From positions 271,553 to 335,552 of IMG/VR virus record IMGVR_UViG_3300031957_002643: 64,000 nt of DNA, one strand, 5' to 3'. The notes under the pieces were generated by a model that ran no database searches, was not told the origin of the DNA, and saw only the letters and a program-made list of their open reading frames with translations. Below, one piece after another: positions 33,830 through 45,800 of this stretch. Every line of letters starts with the position of its first letter. The first letter of the stretch is position 1. A program made the position numbers and the translations under genes.

Positions 33830-36800
33830 ATGCATCGTATTGATAGTGAAGGAAACGTCAATAATAGGTTCAGTGAAGGCAATCCGTCTCTTGGTATTGA
33901 AGGTACTAAGGTAACTGCTGATTGGCTCAATGATGTTCAAGAAAATATTGCGTATACCATTGAAGCTGCTGGTTTAACTCTGGAAAAGGGCAACAGTGCC
34001 CTTTTGGCTAATGCTATTCTTACACTGGTCGGTGAAGGTGGTTCGTTCTCCAATCTGACTACCAGAATTAGAGAACTGAATGATTTCTATCTTTATGGTG
34101 CCCGTAATGTGTTCCGTCAGGATGATGAACCTGATGAAGCAACTCAAGGTCCATTCTTCGATAATGACATTTGGATTGAAACCGATCAAAATCCAGAAAA
34201 GGTATGGCTCTGGAATTCACTAACTGAGACATGGGTTGATACGACAGAAGAAGCAGCAGCCCGTGGCATTCTTGCAAAACAAAAACAACAAGCAATTGCT
34301 GATGGTCTAGTACAAATTTTCATTCAAACCGATACGCCTTCAGGCGCATCCGAAGGTGACATCTGGTACAATAAACGAGATGATCTTCTCTTCGTTTATG
34401 AGAATAATATTTGGAACCGCGTATACGACGAGGTTGCCAAACGAAACATTGTTGAATCTGTCATCAACTTTGCTGTCGATAGTGCACAAGGAACAGCAGA
34501 TTCGAAAATTCTAACCTACTATCAAGATGATGCACCAACTGGCTTGACGGCATTGAATGATGGTGACATTTGGTTTGATACGGATAATAACAACAAGCCG
34601 CATCGATATACTCATCCTAATTGGGTTGAAGTTCGTGATGGGCGCATTGAAGACGCAATCGATTACGTCATTCTACAGGGTGCCATCGCAGATGGCACTA
34701 TTTTCGTTTACTTCTCTGAAGATGAACCTGATGCAATCAATCAGGCAGCATTAACACCACCAAATCCTGCACCATCTGAAGGTGATGTCTGGATCGATAT
34801 CACAGATGAAGGTGGCTCTCCTCGCAATGATCCCTATCTCTTTAGTAGTGGGTCTTGGGTATTACAGAATGATCCAGAGTTCCGATCATTATTGCTCAGT
34901 TTTGCAACAGCCAGATCAATTCAGGATGGTGCGGTAACAATTTATTTCAGTCCGACCGAACCAGATGATACCTATATTCCGCCACCGCGTTATGGTGATA
35001 TTTGGTTTGATACTGATGATGTGACCATTGATGATCCTGATGCTGCAAATCCTTCTACTGATCCTCAGATCACAGTTCCAAAATGGGAGCAGTATCGTTA
35101 TGACGGTACAAATTGGGTTCTCATTGAAGATTTCAAACTGAAAATTGTCGAAGCCAATTTGAAAATTGAAGAATTGGCAAGAGCTAGTGCTGATACTGCA
35201 TTGTCCGGCCAGATCACAACGGCAACCACTCGTATTGGTGAAAATGAAGCGACCATTCAGCAATCTCTATTATCGATTAATGGTATTGCCGGTGCATATG
35301 GGGTTCGAACCAATGTCAATAATGAAATTGTTGGTTTCGGTTTCCTCACTGATTATGAAAGAGAAATTGAATTCACCAAAACTGGATCGTTAGATTTCAA
35401 TCCGGGTGATGAAGTTTTTATTGGTGCTGATTGGGCAACAAAAACGTATTCCGCAGTCATCGTCACGGTAGACAATGTGAATGGCACCATGCGTGTCATC
35501 TCGGAAAGTGGAACGTTTGCTACTGGTGTAACAATCACGTCTCGATTGCGCTTGGACGCTAATGCTACTATCGACGCAGGAACCGTAAATCCGACACCGG
35601 GCACGTCAGAATTTGAAATCATCGTTGACAAATTCAAAGTCACCGATGGAACCACTTCTTCGACTCCATTCACTATTAGTGGGGGCGTTGTTTATGTCGG
35701 TGCTCTCGATACAAGCACCCCACAGGTTCAATTCATTGGTGATTTTGCTAATGAGCCAGATACCACATATGCAATCAATAGCATTTATAAGAACACGACA
35801 AACGGTAACACCTATATTCTTGAATATATTTCTGGTTCAAGTGGTCCAAAACAATGGGTGATCTTCCTAGAGAGAGGTGCTAACGCTAGAACGCTTGTTC
35901 TTTCATCCGACTCTCCGGGCTATCTATTTGACTCTAATGCTGTAAGCACGCCATCAAACGCAAGCATCACATTCCGGGTTCAATATCAGGGCCAGTCGAG
36001 TGCAATTGGTTCTGGTGACATTACTGTTTATGATAAAGATGATGTCGCTTTAAGTCCTACGCTCTCAAATACAAATTCAGTAGATAGTACAGTCAATGAC
36101 TCTGGCGGAACAACGCATTCCGGTTATTATGAATTTGATCTTGCATACTCTGAATTCAGTAGTTCCGATTTTCCTCTTACCGTTGAAGTGGACGATGGAA
36201 CTCTTACTGACACATTAGGTATTGTTCGTATCGTTGGTTCAACAGCAAAAACACTATCTATTAATCCAGACTCATTTGTGTTCTTGTTCGAAGATGACGT
36301 TGCAACCGATCCACAAAACTCATCGATCCATTTCCGCATTCAACACCAGAGCTTATCAACAGCACCAACAACTTCTGAGTTGACCATTGAAGATGCTGAT
36401 AGCACCACGTATTCATCAACAAACTTCACATCTGCTGGATCAGGATCAGGCGTAACTAGCTTTGAGCTTCTATGGTCCACAGTATCAGCAGCAACGTTCC
36501 CAATCACGGTTACTGTTACGGATGAGGGAATCACTGATGTTGTTGTTATCCGTCAGCTTATTGGTGGACTAGATGCTATTTCGGGCTTCCTGACAAATGA
36601 ATCACATTTGGTTCCAGCGGACGAATTAGGCAATATCGAATCTGGTGGATTGGATGGTGCAATTGGTACATTCGATGTGTATCAGGGCATCAGTAAAAAG
36701 AATACCGATGTCACTTATAGCGTAGCGTCATCAACCGGCTGTACCGCAACAATTTCAGATGCAGCAGATGGAACTGCTGGTGATTATTCAATCACTGCGA

Positions 36801-39800
36801 TGAGTGCCAATAAGGCAACCGCTGTTTTCCAAGCAGTCATCGATTCAGTTACCATCACAAAAACGATGAGTTTGACCAAATCTTTAGCAGGGGTTTCTGC
36901 TAAAGGTATTGCTCTATTTGCCACTGCACAAACGTTTGAGTTTGATGGCGATGATCAACCAAAAGATGCCGGTGCCAGTATCACATTGACCACAGTGCGA
37001 ACAGGGCTTTCGGGCATCACGTGGTCTGCTGTTGATGAAAATGATGATCCGGTTTCTCTTTCGGGAACCGGTGATGACACTCGAACGTTATCTATTGGTA
37101 ACTTCGGATCATCTCAATACGTCACTGTGACCGTTACTAAAGTTGATGGTGGTGACACTTATACGGATAAAATTCGTGTCGTGCGATTGGTCGAAGGTAG
37201 TAGCTCTGTCCAAGTAGTTCTGTCCAACGAAGCACATACTTTCTTCGCAGACGAAAATGGTGACATCTCTTCTGGTGATTTTGATTCTGGCAATTGCACA
37301 ATTTCAGTATATCGCGGAACTGCACAAATTTCATACAATGCATCTCCAACAAACAACACGTTTAGATTCGGAACAATCACTGCTTCGGCAGGTGTCACAC
37401 AAGATGGAACTGAAGTTGCACCAGAAGTAGGCATTTCTGCAATGACCAACTTGTTTGGTTATCTGGATGTTCCGGTCATTTATCGCGACAATGCTGGAAC
37501 AGATACGACTTATACCCGTAGAATTTCATATGTGAAATCGAGAGAAGGCGAAAAAAGTAGATCACTTCAACTTTACGGCAGTGATCAAGTATTCAGATTT
37601 GATGGCGATGATGATCCAATCGATGCGGGCCAAACTATCACGGTTACCGCGTTCAAGCAAAATCTTGGAACTCTAACGTTTGCTGCTGAAGATGATAGTG
37701 CAGTAGATGTTACCGCAGATTTGACCGGATCGGGCGACAGTAGAACCCTATCAATTACTGACTTTGGTGATGCTGAATTCGTTCGGGTGACTGCTTCTGC
37801 GGATTACACCGTCAACGGAAGCACCGAAACCGTAACAGATACTTTCACGATTTATAGAATTCGTGGTGCAAAAGCAGCGGTGTCTGTAATTCTTACCAAC
37901 GAATCTCATACCTTCTTTGCAGGACCAGATGGAAATATTGACAATGCATTGTTTGATGCAGGCAATTGTACTATTCGTGTTTTCCGTGGAGCAGAAGAAA
38001 TTTCTTACAATGGAACTCCAACCAATAATACATTCCGTTTCGGAACAATTGTCGCTTCTTCTGGTTTAACTCTTGACGGAACGGAAATAGCCCCAACTGT
38101 TGGTCTCACTGCTATGGAAGAAGATAGTGGAACTTTGACGGTTCCGGTTATCTATCGCGATCCAAACGGAAATGATGAGACCTATAATCGTGTGATTTCA
38201 TATTCGAAGGCAAAGGTTGGTGCACAGGCCCGTGGTCTGAGTATGAATGCCACTTCTCAAGTATTCAGATTTGATGGCGAAGGCGTAGCCATCAATGGTG
38301 CTGACACGATCACCTTTACAACACTCAGAACACTCTTGGGAACAGCACCTACGTGGGCGGCTATTGATGATCAAGGCGGCAATATCGCCCTTACCACGGT
38401 TGACGATGACACACGTAGATTGACGATTACCAACTTCGGAACGTCCCAATGGGTCCGCGTATCAGCCGAAGTCACGACGAGCATTGATGGTAACCCTGTC
38501 ACCTATAGAGATTACATTACCGTTGTTAGATTGCAGCGTGGACAGGATGCAATTACTGCTATTATCGAAAATGAAACACACGTCTTCCCTGCTGATGAGG
38601 ATGGTGTTGTTTCTGATTATTCTACAGGCGATACGCTTGTTCGGGTATTTCTTGGCGATACCGAAGTTTCATATGGTGTCAACAATGAACAATTCCGTTT
38701 TGGTACGATTACGCCAACAAATGTTCAGGATGCAGAGCTAACCCCGCCTGAAGTTGGTATTTCGAATATGACGGCTGATACTGGTCGTTTGAGATTACCA
38801 ATCATCTATAAAGATGCATCTGGTAATGATACGACTGTATACAAAGAAATCACTTATACTAAATCTCGTGCGGGGGTTGCAGCTAGAAATCTAAGATTGT
38901 TCCCATCTGCATTCGTTTTCGAATTTGATTCTGATGACAATGCCATCAACAATTCTGACGAAATCACCTTCACTGCCATTGCCACGAATGTTACTGGACT
39001 TTCATTTAGTGCAGTTGATCAAACCGACACACCAGTTAATCTCTCTGTGGTTTCAAATGTTGCGACATTGGCGATTACGGATTTCGATGATGCGGAAAAT
39101 GTAACAGTAACAGTAACCGGTACTTCAACAGTCAACGGAAGCACTGTTAATTTTAGTGATAGTGCTACGATTGTGAGATTGCGAGAAGGCGGTGGTGGTG
39201 CCAGTGTCGTTCTCACGAATGAGTCTCACACTTTCTATGCTGATGAGGAAAATGAAGTTCTACCTTCTGAGTATGCTGGTGGTAATTCGGTTATCAAGGT
39301 CTACGTTGGAACTTCAGAAATCAGTTATAATGCAACTCCAACGAACGGAACATGGCGTTTGGGGAGTATAACGGAAACCAATGTCACTAGGAACGGTGGA
39401 TTGAGTCTTCCGACTATTGGTATTTCCGATTTCGAAAAGGCATCGAACACAGGATCACTTGCGATCAATGTCATTTATCGTGACAATAATGGCAATGACA
39501 GAACGATCCCACGCCTGTTGACATATTCCAAATCAAAAGCTGGTACCGATGCTAGATCACTTAGGTTGATCGCAACTTCCCAGCTATTCAACTTCGACAC
39601 AGCCGGACAGCCAATCGACAGTGGTGATGAAATCACATTCAATGCCGTTCGTCAGTTCATTGATGGATCAGCGGTTTGGTCTGCTGTTGATGATCAGGGT
39701 GGAAACCCTTCTCTTACTCCGGGTGCGAACGGTGATGAGAAAGTATTAACTATTGGTGATTTTGGTACGGCTGAAAGTGTCGTTGTTTCCGTATCAGCAA

Positions 39801-42800
39801 CGGATAGTTACACAGGTGAAACTCTCTCGGATCAAATCACGATCTATAGACTCAACCAAGGTGCTGAAGGTCGAGATGGTATAACTGTAATTGTATCGAA
39901 TGAGACACACACCTTTATTGCAGACGAAGCAGGATTGGTAGACGATTATAGTACCGGAAATACCACTATCAGTGTTTATAATGCATCAACACAGGTGAAC
40001 TATTCAGCAACGAAAGTTGATAACTCCTTCCGTTTTGGAACTATTGTCGCAAACAATGTAACCAGAAACAATCTATTGAGTGAGCCAATTCTTGGTATCT
40101 CTACGATGTCTGATGAATTTGGAAGCTTGACGGTTCCAGTAATTTACACCAATGCTCAAGGCGAAGACACCACTTTCACAAAGGTGATTTCTTACACCAG
40201 AGCAAGAGCAGGTGTAAACGTTAGAAACATCAGATTACGAGCAGATTCATTAACATTTGAATTCGATCAGTTTGGTGATCCTATCGACAGTAATCAGGTC
40301 ATCACATTTACATCATTGGGAACAAATCTGCCTGATCCTACATGGACAATCACTAGTGATGGAAGTGCGGTCTTTACGTCCTCGCCGGATGCTGACACCA
40401 GAACAATTGATATCGATGATTTTGGAACATCTACAGAAGCAACCGTTAAAGTTTCAGCGACATACAATAGCGTTGACTATGAGGATGAGATCAGAGTCAT
40501 TCGACTTGAAAGAGCGAGAGACTCAGTATCAGTCGTTGGTTCTAATGAAAACCATACGTTCTTTGCAGATGAAGGTGGAACTATCCTTCCGGGCGATTTC
40601 GCAGGTGGTAATTGTACCTTCTATGTATATCATGGTTTAAGCCAGATTTCATATAATGCAACGCCAACCAATAATACATGGCGTTTTGGCACAGTTGTCG
40701 AGAATAATGTCACACAGACAGTTGTTGGTGGTGGAACCATTGGGGTTACTGCAATGTCTGCGGACAGCGGAAGCTTAACGGTTCCGATTATCTATCGTGA
40801 CAAAGATGGTGTAGATCAAACCTTTACGAGAATTATTTCTTATACCAAGGCTCGCAATGGTCGTGATGCTAGATGGGTGAGATTGGCAGCATCCGAACAA
40901 GTCATGCGCTTCAATAGCGATGACATTCCTGTTGATGCTGGTCAAACGATTGATATTACTGTAAGTTTGAACCTAGTTGACATCGGTGATGTCACTGTCA
41001 CGGCTGAAGACGAGTCTCAATCTGCAATTACTCTGGGCGGCACCGGAGCAAATAGAACACTTAGTATTTCTAACTTTGGTGCAAGTGAATATGTCGTAGT
41101 TGAAGCTGTCGCCAATATTACAGTTGAAGGACAAGCACAAGTCATCACTGACCAGATCACGATTGGTCGTGTTGCTGATGGTTCTGGTGTTGTGCAGGCA
41201 CTAGTAGAAAACGAAGCCCATACTTTTGCCGCTGATGAAGATGGTGTAGTTGACAGTTATGCTGGTGGCAACACAATCATTCGAGTATATCGTGGTTCCG
41301 AGGAAATTTCTTACAATGGAACCCCGACGAATAATACATTCCGTTTCGGAACAATTGTTGCATCTTCTGGGGTGACAAGAAATACTGGACTGTCCGCACC
41401 TAATGTCGGTGTGTCTGCAATGACTGAGAATTTCGGTACATTGACGGTTCCAGTCCTGTATCGTGATCCGAACGGCAATGAAGTCACCGTCAACAAGGTT
41501 ATTTCATATTCTAAATCTGTCGCCGGTAGAAACGCAAGATTGTTGCGTTTGTATGGATCAAGTCAGGTGTTCCGTTTCACATCTGATGATGTTCCTGACA
41601 ATCCTGCGGACGAAGTTACTCTAACTGCAATTTCAACAAACCTTGGCGTACCGACTTGGACCGCAGTAGATGAGAATGGAACCAATAGGGATTCAATCCT
41701 AACAGCAGGAGCAAATGCCTACGAAAAAGTCATTACGGTTTCCGATTTCGATCCATACGAAAGAATCGAGGTCACGGTATCTGCAACGTATAATGCGACC
41801 ACTTATACTGATCAGTTCACGATTTATAAAATTCGTGAAGGATCATCAAATATTGTTGTGGCTCTGACGAATGAAGCCCACATTTTTGGATCAGATGAAG
41901 CTGGTACGGTTGCAGATTATGGAAGCGGTAATTCTATCGTCAATGTTTTCCGTGGCGGGGATCAAATCAGTTACAATGCCGGTGGTGCTGATAACACGTT
42001 CTTGATCGATAATTTTGTGGTCAACAATTCCACGAGAAATACAGGATTAACGCTTCCGACTGTCGGCATCAGTGCCATGTCGGCAGACGAAGGATCGTTG
42101 ACCTTTGACGTGGTTTACACAAATGCCGCAGGTGTTGTTGAACCGGCAGTAACCAAGGTTATTTCATATTCAAAATCTCGTGCGGGTGTGAATGCTAGAA
42201 GTCTGAGACTATTATCTTCAGCACAGCAATTCAATTTCGATTCTGACAATGATCCCATCGATGCTGGTGCGACTATCACATTTGAGGCTGTCAAAACGTA
42301 TATTCCAGAAGCGGTAACTTTCGCGGCAGTCGATCAAGATAGTGGAAGTATTACGTTAACTGGATCAGGGAATACCCGTTCTCTATCGGTAACCAATTTT
42401 GGCGCATCCACGTATGTTGATGTTACTGTATCCGTAACGAGTGATGTCGTTGGTTCATCTACAGATTTTGAAGACACCATACGAATTGTTCGCATTAAAG
42501 ATGGTAACACCGGTATAGATGGTAAAGATTCGCTATCCATATTCGCGACAAATCCAACGACCACATTCGCCCTTGATCAGAATGGTAGCATGGTTGAAGC
42601 GTATTCTGTTGGTGACACCACCTTTGAAGTGTATCTCGGGACAACCGCTGTTTCATATTCAGGAACAACTACCGCAAATACATGGCGATTTGGAACAATA
42701 TCTGGCACGAATGTTGATGTTTATCAGAGCGGTGCGACTGTTGGTATTAGAGACATGTATGCCAATCAGGCGTCTATCGCAGTTCAGGTCATTTATAGAA

Positions 42801-45800
42801 ATTCAGATGCACAAGACATTATCACAAACAGAACAATAAGTTATGCCAAAGCACGTTCTGGTGTCGCTGAAAAAGAATGGTATTTGTCCTTCGACAAACA
42901 GACCTTTGCGTTTGATGGTGACAATAATGCCAAGAACGGTTCTGATACCATAACGGCAACGTTGACTCGTTCTAGTGGTCTCTCATCACCAGTATGGACA
43001 ACTGATCCGTCCATCACTCTATCAAATGGAGTGAATGAAGATCAGAAGATCATCACAATTAGTAATTTTGGTACGAATGATACCGTCAATGTAAAGGCTA
43101 GATCAACTCTTGGAACGCCGGTATATTCTACTGATTATAATTACGATTTCTACTCAGATAAGAACGGATGGACATCAGCAGGCGCAGTAACTAATGTTAT
43201 CGATGAGGGCTGGGACATCACAATTGATGATGCTGTGAATTCTAATCAGAACATTTATAAAGATTTTCCTGCTGCAAATTATTTCGATGGTGCGAATTAT
43301 AGATATGCGGTGGTTGATATTGAAATTACGTCTGCTACTGGTGATCAACAAAAACGTCTATACTGGAAGACTTCTGGTCACAGTTATTCCAATTCTTATT
43401 ATGCGGAAGCGAATGTTCAGGATGCAACCCTGACTACACCGGGAAGATACATTCTTATTTTTGATCTTCACAATCCTACTGTTGGTGGATCGGACTTTAG
43501 TGATAATGAAATTCAAGGCCTGCGATTTGACGCATTTGGTGCTGCTGATGCGACCTTTACTATTCATGGGATTTCTCTTGCAACTGATGTCGTCTATTAC
43601 GAAGACAATTTCACTATTTCAAGAATCATAGATGGATCAACGACAATTCAAGTTGTTGCGTCAAACGAATCTCATACATTCAAAGCTAACGAAGAAGGAA
43701 CACTTACCGGAAGCATTTCTGACGGTAACTGTGAGTTCAGTGTTTATCGCGGTTCCGAATTAATCACTTACAGCGCAACGCCAACAAATAATAGATGGCG
43801 GTTTGGAACAATTTCAGTAACAAGCGGAACGGCTACAGTAACCAATTCGACATCAACGATCACGCCAACCGCGTTGAGCACTGATAGCGCAACTGTTGAC
43901 GTTCAAATCATCTATCGTGATCCGAATGGTGATGACACCACCATTACCAGAACGTTGTCTTACGCAAAGGCGCGTCAAGGTATTCTGGCGAGAACTCTGA
44001 AGGTAACCGCATCATCTCTTGTTTTGGAATATGACCAGAATGGATCATTGAAGACACCGGGCGATTACATTGATTTCACCATTGATGGTTTGAATTTGTC
44101 TTCACCATGGACTGTATCGTGTACTGATCAGGATAGCTCAAATCTCACACTGTCACAACAGTCAGCGAATGTGTATCGTTTGACCGGTGCCAATTTTGGT
44201 TCAGCCACAAGAGCTACCTTCACTGCATCCAAGTCAGTAACGATTGATGGAACTCCACAAACGTTTACGGACAGTGTTACTGTTGGTAGAATTCAAGATG
44301 CTGTTTCAAATATTCAAGTCATTCCGACAAATGAATCTCACACCTTCTTTGCCAATGAAGATGGTTATGTTGCAGATTACACTGGTGGATTGAGCACATT
44401 CATTGTGTATCGTGGTCTAGAGCTTATCAATTTCAACTCATCTCCAACAAACAATACTTGGAGATATGGAACGATCACACCAACTGGAATTAGTCATACC
44501 GTTGATGGTGATGAAATTTCTGTTTCAGCTATGACTGCAAACGAAGCTTCTGTTTCGGTTCAAGTCATTTATCGTGATCCGAATGGACAGGACTTCACCT
44601 TCACACAGCAGTTGTCATACGCAAAGGCAATTCAAGGATTTATTGGTGCTGGTGGTGTTTCTATTTTCCAAACCAATCCGACCACCACATTTACGACCGA
44701 TCAGGCTGGCGTTCTTCTCAGTGGATCATATGATGACGGCAATTCTACCTTCTCAGCATATGCAGGTGACGAGGAACTATCGTATAGTACGTTCCCGAAG
44801 GTAAACACGTTCCGTATCACTAATGTGTCTGGAACGAATGTAACCGTAGACAATGGGGAATCGCTTCCGACTGTTGGTATTACTGGTATGTCTTCGGATA
44901 CTGGTAAAATTGAAACAACAATTATTGCATATCCAGCAACCACTAGGGTTTATAACTTCGGATTTGAGAAAGGCTCTCCAAGCACACAAACGCCTAATGG
45001 TCCAACAGGATGGTTGTTCTCAGGCTCAACGGGCAATGTCGGATATATTGCAACCGTTGATCCGAATTCTAATTTCAATTCCACCATTTCTTGGGGCGCG
45101 GTTGATAATAACGATCCGTTTGGAAGTGCCGGTTGGTATCAAGTTGGTAAGAGATTTGGTCTGGTTGATAGTGCAACCTTTATCAAAATTAGTGCCAAAA
45201 TCCGTTCATATAATTTGAATGTTCCCCCAACACTTTCTGTAAACTCAAACGAAAGCTATTTCACAGAATCAGACGTATTTGTCGAGGCAGTATTCAAAGA
45301 TGAAGACAATGTTCAAATCGGCACAACCTATTACTCTAAGACACTTTCACATAAGTTGTATGATGAAGGGCGTGCTGGTGAGGCATTAGGCGGTCAGTGG
45401 TTGATGTTCACAGATACCGTGCCCGTTCCTGCTGGTACTGAAATTATTGAAATCTATCTGGTATCATCAGACGGAAGTAATACTGTCCAGACAAAAGGCT
45501 ACAAAGGCGCAAATGCTGGTAACCTTTATGATGATGTTATTTTTGAATCTGATGCTGGTATCTACGATATCACTCGTGAAATCCCAATCGTTCAGACTAC
45601 AGCATACTCACGCGCAAAAACTGGTGAGAATTCAGTACTTTATTACATCAAGCCAACAAACGGAACAGCAATCAAGAATGGTTCTGGAACGCTCACTGGT
45701 GAACTTAGAAAGGTTGATGGTCCATCTGATACAAAAGTGACATCAGGAGCAATCCGTTTGTATCAGGATGGAGTATTGATTACTTCTCCTACGAATTATG

